DNA of 32,000 nt from Halomicronema hongdechloris C2206 (GCF_002075285.3 NZ_CP021983.2:5250001-5282000), one strand, 5' to 3'. Shown: positions 16,974 through 25,590, counted from the stretch's first letter. Program-made: numbers and translations. Notes: generated from the sequence alone by a model not told the origin.

Positions 16974-18377
16974 ATGGCATCGGAGGCTTCTTTCATGACG
17001 GTTGGCTGGCAAGCTCTGAAGCGATACATTCAACGAGATCTGCTGCCCCTGCTGGCAGATCTGCGCCTGGCCATCGGCCTCTTGTTAGCCATCGCCGGAT
17101 TTAGCATTGCCGGTACCGTGATCGAGCAGGGCCAATCCCTGGCATTTTATCAGGCCAACTATCCCGAGGATCCTGCCCTGTTTGGCTTTCTCAGTTGGCA
17201 GGTGTTGCTGGGGCTGGGGTTGGACCATGTCTATCGCACTTGGTGGTTTCTGGCCCTGCTGATTTTATTTGGGGCCAGTCTGACGGCCTGCACCTTCACC
17301 CGCCAGTTCCCAGCCCTGAAAGCGGCTCGCCAGTGGCGCTACTATACCCGGCCGCGGCAGTTTCAAAAGTTGGCCTTGAGTACAGAAGTGTCCCAGGGGT
17401 CCCTGGCCGCCATGGTCGGTTTCCTGGGGCAGAGGCGTTATCGGGTGTTTCAGTCAGACCATACCCTCTATGCCCGTAAGGGGATCGTGGGGCGCATTGG
17501 TCCCATCGTGGTCCATGCCAGCATGTTGATCATCCTGGCCGGGGCCATCTTAGGGGCCATGACCGGCTTTTCTGCCCAAGAGATGGTGCCCAGCGGTGAG
17601 ACCTTTCAGGTTCGCAATATCCTCGATGCTGGCCCCTGGGCCCAGGCCCAGATTCCGCGGGACTGGTCGGTACGGGTCAATCGCTTTTGGATCGACTACA
17701 CCCCCGATGGCACCATCGATCAGTTTTACTCGGACCTATCGGTTTTGGATCAGGCCGGCGACGAAGTCGATCGCAAGACCATCCATGTGAATGAGCCCCT
17801 GCGTTACCAGGGGGTTACCCTCTACCAGGCCGACTGGGGCATCGCCGCCGTGCGGGTCAAGTTGAACAATAGTCCGGTGTTGACGGTGCCGATGCGGCGC
17901 CTAGGGCCAGAGGAGATGGGCCGGTTTTGGGGAACCTGGCTACCCACCGATCCCGATCTGAGTGAGGGGGTGTCTCTGCTGGCTAAGGATCTGCAAGGGA
18001 TGGTGCTGGTGTATGACCAGTCGGGCAAGTTGGTCTCAACGGTCCGCGAGGGGATGGCCACCGAGGTAAATGGTGTCGCCCTTTCCCTGGTGGATGTGGT
18101 GGGCAGCACTGGTTTGCAGATCAAGGCCGATCCTGGCATCCCCCTGGTGTATGCCGGATTTGCCCTGCTGATGGCGGGGGTGTTGATGAGTTATGTGTCC
18201 CATTCCCAAATCTGGGCCTTGGAAGTGGACGGCCGGCTCTATGTAGGGGGACGGACGAATCGGGCCCAAGTGGCCTTTGAGCGGGAACTGATGGAGCTAT
18301 TGGATCGGTTGAGCGCTCAGACTGAGGCGCTCCCCCTGGCGACGGGCCTCTCGACCAGTGCCAGCTCAGGGGCTTGA
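16974..18377 (+). CDS. ccsB: cytochrome c biogenesis protein Ccs1/CcsB (ResB family)
   Basis: 467 aa. [49 protein letters not shown]...[10 protein letters not shown]...[16 protein letters not shown], followed by a large soluble loop and a C-terminal TM helix. Confidence 0.9.
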   Translation: MASEASFMTVGWQALKRYIQRDLLPLLADLRLAIGLLLAIAGFSIAGTVIEQGQSLAFYQANYPEDPALFGFLSWQVLLGLGLDHVYRTWWFLALLILFGASLTACTFTRQFPALKAARQWRYYTRPRQFQKLALSTEVSQGSLAAMVGFLGQRRYRVFQSDHTLYARKGIVGRIGPIVVHASMLIILAGAILGAMTGFSAQEMVPSGETFQVRNILDAGPWAQAQIPRDWSVRVNRFWIDYTPDGTIDQFYSDLSVLDQAGDEVDRKTIHVNEPLRYQGVTLYQADWGIAAVRVKLNNSPVLTVPMRRLGPEEMGRFWGTWLPTDPDLSEGVSLLAKDLQGMVLVYDQSGKLVSTVREGMATEVNGVALSLVDVVGSTGLQIKADPGIPLVYAGFALLMAGVLMSYVSHSQIWALEVDGRLYVGGRTNRAQVAFERELMELLDRLSAQTEALPLATGLSTSASSGA

Positions 18378-18467
18378 CTCGAGGGTTGCCAATGGGCCTG
18401 TGGGAAAATGTTAAACTTTAACATTTATCATGTAGATCTGACTGTATAGAGCTAAGAGGATACGACC

Positions 18468-18578
18468 ATGCCTGAGAAGAACTACTCTTGGAAGGGCAGC
18501 TGGAATGCTGGATTGGTACTCCTGATATTAGCCCTGGTAGCTGGAGTGCTCCTGATTGCCTCAGGCTTTAGTGGCTAA
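18468..18578 (+). CDS. 36-aa single-pass membrane peptide (hypothetical)
   Basis: ATG 18468 preceded by AAGAGGA. Translation MPEKNYSWKGSWNAGLVLLILALVAGVLLIASGFSG, then TAA followed by TGA. A perfect hairpin follows 20 nt downstream. It is below the length cut-off of the ORF track. Confidence 0.35.
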   Translation: MPEKNYSWKGSWNAGLVLLILALVAGVLLIASGFSG

Positions 18579-18597
18579 TGAATGAAGGACAAGCGCC

Positions 18598-18621
18598 ACG
18601 GACGTGATATCTCACGTCCGT
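18598..18621. terminator. perfect 10-bp stem hairpin between convergent genes (candidate bidirectional terminator)
   Basis: ACGGACGTGA-TATC-TCACGTCCGT. There is no U-tract, so intrinsic terminator function is uncertain. Confidence 0.35.
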
Positions 18622-18622
18622 A

Positions 18623-18670
18623 GATCACAGTTTGAGATCACAGTTTGAGATCACAGTTTGAGATCACAGC
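18623..18670. repeat. 13-nt tandem repeat GATCACAGTTTGA, 3 full copies plus 1 partial
   Basis: The sequence reads GATCACAGTTTGA GATCACAGTTTGA GATCACAGTTTGA GATCACAGC, with no spacers. Confidence 0.9.
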
Positions 18671-18683
18671 TGGCCTCTGGACA

Positions 18684-19238
18684 TCAGGTCCCTGCCAGGT
18701 CGTTGAACTGGGCTCGAATGGTCTCGATGCGATCGCGATTCACCCCCAGATCTGATTGGCCCAGGCGGGAGGCAGAGCGCACTTGAATCACCGAATTGGG
18801 GGCATCTAGGTAAAATTCCACATCGTCGACAAAGCCCATCAAGCGGCTGCGGGCTTCGGCATAGAGGTAATCCTCGCGTTCAGTGATGATGTCAGTGCGG
18901 GGTTGCCCTTGTAGCACCTGTTTGAGACGGGCCATGGCTGTGGCGGCATCAGAGGAGTAGGTCAAGGGTGCGATCGCATGCTCGGCATCGGCATCTTCGC
19001 GACTGACCACACAGTTAGGTGAACTAGGACACGCGGCCAACCGACCATCATCTTGAACCCCCAGGGTATCGGGGCGGGTACCGGCAAAGAGGCCACTGAG
19101 ACCAGGAATCGCAGCAATGTACATAGGAGACCCTGAAACAGTATGGGGTGATGCGGCCAGGGCTGAGGAACTTCCCCCCAACCAAGCGCTCACCAGCAGC
19201 ATAACAGCGAGCGTCACGGGAATCAGTCTGCACACCAT
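18684..19238 (-). CDS. DUF1499 domain-containing protein with signal peptide
   Basis: 184 aa. Signal peptide (LIPVTLAVMLLVSAWLGGSSSALA), then CPSSPNCVVS...HAIAPL...YLYAEARSRLMGFVDDVEF...VRSASRLGQSDLGVNRDRIE, matching my recollection of the DUF1499 family. Confidence 0.7.
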   Translation of the reverse strand: MVCRLIPVTLAVMLLVSAWLGGSSSALAASPHTVSGSPMYIAAIPGLSGLFAGTRPDTLGVQDDGRLAACPSSPNCVVSREDADAEHAIAPLTYSSDAATAMARLKQVLQGQPRTDIITEREDYLYAEARSRLMGFVDDVEFYLDAPNSVIQVRSASRLGQSDLGVNRDRIETIRAQFNDLAGT

Positions 19239-19294
19239 AGAAGTTTGGGGATAACGTCTTTACAGAAGTTTACTAAAATTTTGGCATCCCGATC

Positions 19295-19768
19295 ATGGCT
19301 TCCAGTTCGTCACCGCCGCTGCAACCTCCACCGCAAGAGGTCGTCGACCAAGTGATCGACAGGTTAGAGGCAGAACTGCCGACCCTATTCGAGACTGACC
19401 TAACCTACGACATTTACACTCAAGACATTCTGTTCAAGGATCCGGTGAATCGATTCCGCGGCAAGTTCAACTACCGGATTGTGTTTTGGACATTGCGGTT
19501 TCACGGACGCCTGTTTTTCACTGAGTTGCACTTTGACCTGCACCGGGTTTATCGCCAAGCGACTCGACACATTCGAGCCGACTGGACCGTGCGCGGCACC
19601 CTGCGCCTACCCTGGCGACCTCGAATTTTATTCAATGGGGTATCCGATTACCAGCTCAATGCAGCAGGGCTGATTTACCAGCACATCGACACCTGGGACC
19701 GCCCTCCCGGGGACGTGTTGCGGCAGTTCTGGCGCGGACCTGGTGGGGGAGTGAAGGATGAAGGATGA
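19295..19768 (+). CDS. DUF2358-like conserved cyanobacterial/plant protein
   Basis: 157 aa. LTYDIYTQDILFKDPVNRFRGKFNYRIVFWTLRF... resembles the DUF2358 family as I remember it. The stop codon lies inside the heptamer array. Confidence 0.55.
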   Translation: MASSSSPPLQPPPQEVVDQVIDRLEAELPTLFETDLTYDIYTQDILFKDPVNRFRGKFNYRIVFWTLRFHGRLFFTELHFDLHRVYRQATRHIRADWTVRGTLRLPWRPRILFNGVSDYQLNAAGLIYQHIDTWDRPPGDVLRQFWRGPGGGVKDEG

Positions 19769-19799
19769 AGGATGAAGGATGAAGGATGAAGGATGAAGG
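19751..19799. repeat. heptanucleotide tandem array (ATGAAGG) x7 (first unit GTGAAGG)
   Basis: Read directly from the sequence: one variant unit plus six perfect 7-mers. This is the STRR-like repeat class known from cyanobacteria. Confidence 0.9.
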
Positions 19800-19807
19800 G
19801 TGACTTA

Positions 19808-19866
19808 TTACTCGTCACTCGTTACTCGTCACTCGTTACTCAATCACCCCAACACCCCATCACCCC
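19808..19866. repeat. second heptamer array (TTACTCG/TCACTCG alternating, 5 units) followed by three 8-mers (AWCACCCC)
   Basis: TTACTCG TCACTCG TTACTCG TCACTCG TTACTCA, then ATCACCCC AACACCCC ATCACCCC. A CCTCCGT x2 doublet follows at about 19885-19898. Confidence 0.85.
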
Positions 19867-20070
19867 ATTTACCTACCTTGCCGCCCTCCGTCCTCCGTCC
19901 CCACCATGGGCGTCGTGCTAGGGACAGCGATACACTAGGGGGAAGAAGCTGGTGCCGTAGACCCTGTAGATGCGGTGAATTGCTGAGGGTAGCTATTCTA
20001 GAGGTGGACAACGGCAGGGGCTTGAGTCGCTAGCTTGTGCAGGTTGAGAGTGTGCGCCTAAGGGAAACTG

Positions 20071-20743
20071 ATGATGGACGATCAAAAAGGCTTACGGCAG
20101 ATTCCGATCAGCGTGGGGATCGGGTTGTCTGTGGTCATTCTGGCCTCGGGCGGAGCGGCCGCTTGGTTTACCTGGCGTACCCTTAATCCCCAGCCCGCCG
20201 TAGTCGAGTTTCCGACGCTCGATCCCCCCCACCGAGTCGATCCCTATTCCTGAGGTCCCGACGACAGAGACTCCCCAGATCGAGTCCCCGGCCCCAGAGG
20301 TGGCGGCGACGGAGGAGTCGGCTCAGGTTTTCTGGGTAACGGATGCCGAGGGTGCCTTGGCCCTCTCTCCCCAGTCTATTTCCCTACCCGCAGAGGCTGC
20401 TGCGACGGCTAAGCTACAGGCGGCCTTTGAGGCATTGCTGAAAGGGGCAGCGACAGACACCGAAGGCGTTTCTACCATTCCTGCCGGGACGACCCTGCGC
20501 CGGCTATCGGTAGAGGCCGATGGCATCCATGTTGACCTCTCTGCGGAGTTTCAGCAGGGGGGAGGCAGCTTCTCCATGCGGGGCCGTCTAGGCCAAATCA
20601 TTTACACAGCCACGACCCTGGACCCAGATGCCTCGGTTTGGATCTCGGTGCAGGGCGAACCCCTGACTCTGTTGGGAGGGGAAGGGTTAGAAGTGCAACA
20701 GCCCATGACCCGAGAGAGCTATCAGGCCGCTTTCGGCGGGTAA
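20071..20743 (+). CDS. GerMN domain-containing membrane-anchored protein, split by a 1-nt frameshift at a C7 run
   Basis: ORF 20071..20253 gives an N-terminal TM anchor (IPISVGIGLSVVILASGGAAAWF). ORF 20300..20743 (frame open from 20204) gives a GerMN-like domain (VFWVTDAEG...LSAEFQQGGGSFSMRGRLGQIIYTAT...VWISVQGEPLTLLGGEGLEV). Reading C7 (20224-20230) as C6 joins them as ...FPTLDPPTESIPIPEVPTTE... Confidence 0.65.
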
Positions 20744-20812
20744 GGCCCAAGCGGTGCTCATCCCCGTTCTCCCAGGTAAAGCCAGCGATGGTGGCCGGCT
20801 TAAATGGATGCC

Positions 20813-21166
20813 CTATTGCCGACTCGAGAGGCTAAAGGCGCGGAAGTGCTGGGCCTGCTCTTCGATGCGGGCGGCGATGCGATCGCATACCAGGCTGCAC
20901 AACTCAAAAATCAAGTCATCCGAGACCCGATAGAAGGCTGAGGTACCTTCGGTGCGGCGGCTGAGGATCCCAGCCTGAAGCATCACCTTAAGATGCTTAG
21001 AGACATTGGCCTGACTGGTCTGAGTGGCCTCCACCAGATCCTGAACACACTTCTCACCATCTCGAAGTAAATTCAAGATTCTCAAACGCATGGGTTCGCT
21101 GAGAACGCTGAAGTACTCCGCGACTTGCTGTACCACCTCGGTGGGAAGGGGATCCATGGGCATCAC
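20813..21166 (-). CDS. ArsR/SmtB family transcriptional regulator
   Basis: 117 aa. Winged-helix core FSVLSEPMRLRILNLLRDGEKCVQDLVEATQTSQANVSKHLKVMLQAGILSRRTEGTSAFYRV. The true start is probably an internal ATG (MDPLPTE...), which sits 8 nt after a GGAG. Confidence 0.85.
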   Translation of the reverse strand: MMPMDPLPTEVVQQVAEYFSVLSEPMRLRILNLLRDGEKCVQDLVEATQTSQANVSKHLKVMLQAGILSRRTEGTSAFYRVSDDLIFELCSLVCDRIAARIEEQAQHFRAFSLSSRQ

Positions 21167-21191
21167 TCCAAAGGCGGGATCAATCGCCGTT

Positions 21192-21219
21192 ATTGTAACA
21201 GTATAGTTATTGATGGCAA
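21192..21219 (-). promoter_or_regulatory. candidate sigma-70-type promoter for the ArsR-family gene
   Basis: On the minus strand: TTGCCA (21219-21214), a 16-nt spacer ending in TGT, then TACAAT (21197-21192). It lies about 30 nt upstream of the ORF start. The direct repeat GTTATTG x2 overlaps it. Confidence 0.3.
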
Positions 21220-21302
21220 TTCAGTGATACCGGTTCCGACTCTCTCATCTCATGCTTGGTTATTCGAGCCATTTGTAAAGATGGGGGAGCTAAGGGACAA
21301 GC

Positions 21303-24300
21303 TTACTTCTGCCTTGGCGTACTAGGACCGTGGCGAGTTTCGATCGTCTCCTCGGCGGAGTGGGTTAGACTCCGCAGGGCGTCCAACAAGGTCGGCATCG
21401 CTGAGGGCCACAGTCCCCGTTGATGGGCTTCGATCAGTCGCTCAGCCATGTCCCGCAGGGCCCAGGGATTGGCTTGGCGGACAAAGGCTTGCACCTGGGG
21501 ATCGAGTAAATAGGCCTGGGCGACGCCCTCATAGATGTGGTCCGCCACACACTGGGCCGTGGCATCGTAGGCAAACAGATAATCGACCGTCGCCGCCATC
21601 TCGAAGGCGCCCTTATAGCCGTGGCGCATGACGCCGGCGATCCATTTGGGGTTGACCACTCGGGACCGGTAAACTCGAGCGATTTCTTGGCTCAGGGATC
21701 GTAATCGGGGCGTCTCAGGCCGGGAATGGTCACCAAAATAAGTTTGGGGATTGCGGCCGGTGATGGCCCGCACGGCGGCGGTTAATCCCCCCTGAAACTG
21801 GTAATAGTCGTCGGAATCGAGCAGATCATGTTCTCGATTGTCTTGGTTGTGGAGCACCACCTGCAGATGACTGAGGCGATGGGTAAACGCCTCTGGGGCC
21901 GACCGTCCTGGGGCGTCGTGGCCGTAGGCATAGCTACTCCAATTGACATAGGCCCGAGCCAGATCCTCATTCCCCTGCCAGTTTTGGGCGTCGATCAGCC
22001 CCTGTAGCCCGGCACCATAGGCCCCTGGCTTGGAGCCAAACACGCGGTAGCTGGCCCGCCGCTGGGCCTGGTCTGGTGGCAGTCCCTGCTGTTGCCAGTA
22101 GGCAGCTTCTTGCTGCACTCGCTGAGCCAGGGGGTTTTGGTCGGGAGGTTCGGCCAAGGCGGCCACGGCGGCGGCGGCCTGGTCAAACAGGTCGATTAAA
22201 TTGGCGAAGGCATCCCGGAAGAAGCCGGAAATGCGTAGGGTCACATCTACCCGGGGCCGCCCCAAGGCACTCAGGGGCAAGATCTCAAAATCGACCACCC
22301 GACGCGAAGCCCCGTCCCAGATAGGCCGTACTCCCAGTAGAGCCAGAGCTTCAGCCAGATCATCGCCGCCAGTGCGCATGGTGGCAGTGCCCCAGACGGA
22401 TAAGCCCAGGGTCTGGGGATAGTCGCCATGGTCTTGTAGGTACCGCTCGATCAATTCCTCGGCGGCTCGACGCCCCACGTCCCAGGCGCTTTCGGAGGGG
22501 ATGGCCCGCAGATCCACGGCGTAGAAGTTGCGGCCAGTGGGTAAGACATCGGGGCGATTGCGACTGGGAGCCCCAGAGGGGACGCTGGGGACATAGTGCC
22601 CCCCTAGTCCTCGGAGCAGATGGGTGATTTCCTGGGGAGTCTGAATCAGGGCGGGCAGCAGCTGCTGCTGCATCCAGACCAGATCGGGATGCTGGGGCGG
22701 CGGTGGCTGTATCGGCGGGCTGGTGGATGGGGCCGGGCCATGGCCCAAGGATGCCAGCATGGCCGCCACGATGGCGGCAGCTTGCTGCTCTAGGACCTCG
22801 ACCACGTCACCGACGATGCGGCAAGGACGAAGCAGACTGTCAATGGCTGGATCGGTATCAGGGGTAAGGGCATCAACCTGCCAGGGCTGGGCCGGCGGAT
22901 CGCTCAGGGGATCGAGGTCGAGGCCCCACGTGTCGGCGATGGCTCGGGTTAGCCCCCGCCGATGGCCGCTGGGATGGCGGGCAATGGCGACGACTAAATC
23001 TCGCAGTAACCGCCCTGCGGGGCAACGCCCTAAGATGTGTAGGCCGTCTCGAATCTGAGCTTCTTTGAGATCGCAGAGGTAGGCATCGAGAGTCGGGAGT
23101 AGAGACGATAGGGACGCGGAGGAGGCAAGAGACGTCGGGGAGGAGTCGAGGGGGAGCTCGTCTAGGAGGTGGCTGTCGCGCAGGAGATTGACGATGCGAT
23201 CGCAAATCACCGGCAGGCGCGTCGGATCCAGACTCTGGGCCTCATAGTATTCATCCACCAGCCGTTCCAGGGCCTGCAGCGGCCCATAGAGTTCGGCCCG
23301 AGTCAGGGGTGGCGTCAGGTGATCGAGAATCACTGCCTGGCTGCGACGCTTGGCCTGGGCGCCTTCCCCTGGGTCATTGACAATGAAGGGATAGAGGTGG
23401 GGCAACGGCCCTAGGGCCACCTCCGGGTAACAGGTGTGGCTGAGGGCAATGCCTTTACCGGGCAGCCATTCCAGATTGCCGTGTTTGCCCACATGCACCA
23501 GGGCCTGGGCCCGAAAGACCTGGCGCAGCCAGTGGTAAAAGGCGAGGTAGTCGTGGCTGGGCTCCAGGTCGGGGGCGTGGTAATTCAGGGATGGATCGGC
23601 ATCGTAGCCGCGACTGGGCTGGATGCCCACGAACACATGGCCCAGCTGCAGGCCAGCTACAGGATAATACTGCCTGTCTGGTGGCGGGGCCAGGGGATCG
23701 CCCCAGCGTTGCCGCAGGGCCTGCTGCACAGTCTCGGGCAAACTCTGGAAGTAGCTCTGGTACTGCTGCCCGGAGAGAGACTGACGCACTGGTCGCAGCT
23801 GCCGCCCCTCTGGGTCATTGCTGATGCCATCGGTGAGCCACTGGATGAGCTCATCGCCATCGCTGGGCAGGGGATCGACCCGATAGCCAGCCGCCCGCAG
23901 GGCTTGCAGGAGTTCCACCACGCTTTGGGGAGTATCGAGGCCGACGCCATTGGCCAGGCGGCCGTCTCGGTTGGGGTAATTGGCCAAAATCAGGGCAATC
24001 CGTTGCTGTTCGGGGGGAGTGCGGCCCAGGCCAGCCCAGTTGGCTGCCAGATCGGCCACAAAGTCGATGCGATCGACGATGGGCTCGTAGGTAACCACAT
24101 CGGTTTCCAGGGCAGTGTTGCGCTGGTTGATCGCCTTACAGGACACCAGGCGAGTAATGATGCGCCCATCCACCTCTGGCAGGGCCACATTCATGGCCAT
24201 ATCTCGGGGGGATAGGCCCTGGGGATGACGTTGCCAGAGCTCTTGGGAGCCACCGCTGAGGATGGCCTGGAGTACGGGCACATCCAAGGTTTGCCAGAGA

Positions 24301-25154
24301 TCGAGGCGGGGGCTGGCGCTCTCTAGCTTGGCCAGCGAAAAGCTAGTGGTGTTGATCACCCCATCGATGGCTGGCCGTCCCTGATCACAGACGTGCTCTA
24401 GCAGCCCTGCCTGCACCTCCGGATCCTGTAGGGTGGCCACATAGATGGGCAGCGGCCGCAGTCCTCGCCGCTCTAGGGCTTGGCAGAGGGCATCGATGGG
24501 GGCAGTGTTGCCGGCCAGATAGTGGGCCCGGTAGAAGAGCAGGCCGATGCTGGCTGTAGGGGGAGCAGTTGCCGGAGCGATAGATGTCGTGGAATGGTAG
24601 GGGTACAGCCCCACCTTAGGCACCGGTTGTGGATCGGGTGGATTGAAATGACTACCGAAGATGCGATCGCAGATCCACAAGAGGCCATGGCAAACATTAT
24701 CCAGCCCCCCCTCGACTAGATAACGCCAGAGACCATGGGCAACGGTGAGCGACACTGTAGAATGGCTGATCAGGTCTGGATCTGGCCGATCATCCCCCGG
24801 CAGCACGATTAACGCCGCGCCAGTACGATCCACCACCTCCTTCACCACCTCCAAGCCGTAAGACCAGTAGGCCCGTCCTCCCAACAGCCGCAGGATAATC
24901 AACTGGGCCTGGGCCAATACCTGATCAGCATAGGTGTCAATGGTCAGGGGCTGCTTCAACTGCAATAAATTGGCTCCCCGCAGCTGCGGAAACCCCGATG
25001 GCAGTTGCGGGGTCACCCGAGCCAGGGTCTGAATTTCACTATCTGCTGCCGTGATAAAAACCACCGGCGCCGGGGTCTGCTCAATAAAAATTACCCCATC
25101 GGTGTCTGGAGTCCATCCCCCTGGCGTTGCCGCGAGTCGGTGCATGGTCGTCAA
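21303..25154 (-). CDS. cobN: cobaltochelatase large subunit CobN (aerobic cobalamin pathway)
   Basis: 1283-aa uninterrupted ORF. The N-terminus (VVFITAADSEIQTLA...LIILRLLGGRAYWSYGLE) and overall length fit the CobN/Mg-chelatase H family. The N-terminal pattern fits CobN rather than ChlH. Confidence 0.85.
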   Translation of the reverse strand: MTTMHRLAATPGGWTPDTDGVIFIEQTPAPVVFITAADSEIQTLARVTPQLPSGFPQLRGANLLQLKQPLTIDTYADQVLAQAQLIILRLLGGRAYWSYGLEVVKEVVDRTGAALIVLPGDDRPDPDLISHSTVSLTVAHGLWRYLVEGGLDNVCHGLLWICDRIFGSHFNPPDPQPVPKVGLYPYHSTTSIAPATAPPTASIGLLFYRAHYLAGNTAPIDALCQALERRGLRPLPIYVATLQDPEVQAGLLEHVCDQGRPAIDGVINTTSFSLAKLESASPRLDLWQTLDVPVLQAILSGGSQELWQRHPQGLSPRDMAMNVALPEVDGRIITRLVSCKAINQRNTALETDVVTYEPIVDRIDFVADLAANWAGLGRTPPEQQRIALILANYPNRDGRLANGVGLDTPQSVVELLQALRAAGYRVDPLPSDGDELIQWLTDGISNDPEGRQLRPVRQSLSGQQYQSYFQSLPETVQQALRQRWGDPLAPPPDRQYYPVAGLQLGHVFVGIQPSRGYDADPSLNYHAPDLEPSHDYLAFYHWLRQVFRAQALVHVGKHGNLEWLPGKGIALSHTCYPEVALGPLPHLYPFIVNDPGEGAQAKRRSQAVILDHLTPPLTRAELYGPLQALERLVDEYYEAQSLDPTRLPVICDRIVNLLRDSHLLDELPLDSSPTSLASSASLSSLLPTLDAYLCDLKEAQIRDGLHILGRCPAGRLLRDLVVAIARHPSGHRRGLTRAIADTWGLDLDPLSDPPAQPWQVDALTPDTDPAIDSLLRPCRIVGDVVEVLEQQAAAIVAAMLASLGHGPAPSTSPPIQPPPPQHPDLVWMQQQLLPALIQTPQEITHLLRGLGGHYVPSVPSGAPSRNRPDVLPTGRNFYAVDLRAIPSESAWDVGRRAAEELIERYLQDHGDYPQTLGLSVWGTATMRTGGDDLAEALALLGVRPIWDGASRRVVDFEILPLSALGRPRVDVTLRISGFFRDAFANLIDLFDQAAAAVAALAEPPDQNPLAQRVQQEAAYWQQQGLPPDQAQRRASYRVFGSKPGAYGAGLQGLIDAQNWQGNEDLARAYVNWSSYAYGHDAPGRSAPEAFTHRLSHLQVVLHNQDNREHDLLDSDDYYQFQGGLTAAVRAITGRNPQTYFGDHSRPETPRLRSLSQEIARVYRSRVVNPKWIAGVMRHGYKGAFEMAATVDYLFAYDATAQCVADHIYEGVAQAYLLDPQVQAFVRQANPWALRDMAERLIEAHQRGLWPSAMPTLLDALRSLTHSAEETIETRHGPSTPRQK

Positions 25155-25590
25155 TGCTTAAGGAACTGCGAAATCTGAAGGAACTCTAGTGTACGAGGGG
25201 AAAGCCCTTAGGGGGAAGTTAGGATAATCATCAGCCATTTCAAGGTTGATCATGTCCCTATTTTCATTGTCCCCGGAGGCCATGAGCTGAGGTTGAGGCT
25301 ACTGCACAGCCGATAAGCCTCGGCCAAGTCTACCTCCAGAGAGGGCTGCCCGGGAACCAACCACTCCCGACTTGACTTGGTATGGGGAGGCTGTTTGAGA
25401 GCCGATTGTTCACTCAGGCTAATTGTCCGCTGCTATGGGCAGGGGGCGATAGAGATAGCGAGGCTGAAGCAGTTGAGATGGTTGTGCCATACAACCACCG
25501 TCACGCTTAGGCGGTGGCATGTCCACTAGGAGTCAACTAGAGGACTAATTCATGCTGCTCTGAGTATTGGGCTAAGGCGCTATTCCTCGC

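Noticed and set aside
18623-18670. The 13-mer tandem array considered as a CRISPR array.
   Set aside because: The repeats are directly abutting with no spacers, the units are only 13 nt, and there are no cas genes nearby.
19800-20033. 77-aa ORF starting in the heptamer arrays.
   Set aside because: Its N-terminal half is simply the translation of tandem repeats (SLVTRHSLLNHPNTPSPH), and there is no start context or motif. It is treated as non-coding.
21782-24719. Many ORFs of 60-260 aa in the track overlapping cobN on both strands, for example 23436..24215 (+, 259 aa), 22723..23058 and 22873..23205.
   Set aside because: They lie entirely inside the uninterrupted 1283-aa CobN frame. Their composition is Arg/Gly/Pro/Ala-rich and low-complexity, typical of shadow frames in GC-rich DNA, and none has a recognisable motif.
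21303-25154. Assignment as Mg-chelatase subunit ChlH rather than CobN.
   Set aside because: The N-terminal pattern (short leader, then VVFITAADSEIQTLA and RLLGGRAYWSYGLE) and the length fit CobN as I know it. ChlH proteins typically begin MFT.V and are somewhat longer. A profile search would settle it.
25155-25590. Possible cobalamin riboswitch in the leader of cobN (minus strand).
   Set aside because: I looked on the minus strand for the B12-box-like core (GCCACTG and the GGGAA...GGTG...CCCGC pattern) and did not find it. Only generic hairpins are present, for example GAGGCT...AGCCTC and CCAAGTC...GACTTGG. An Infernal scan with the Rfam cobalamin model would be decisive.
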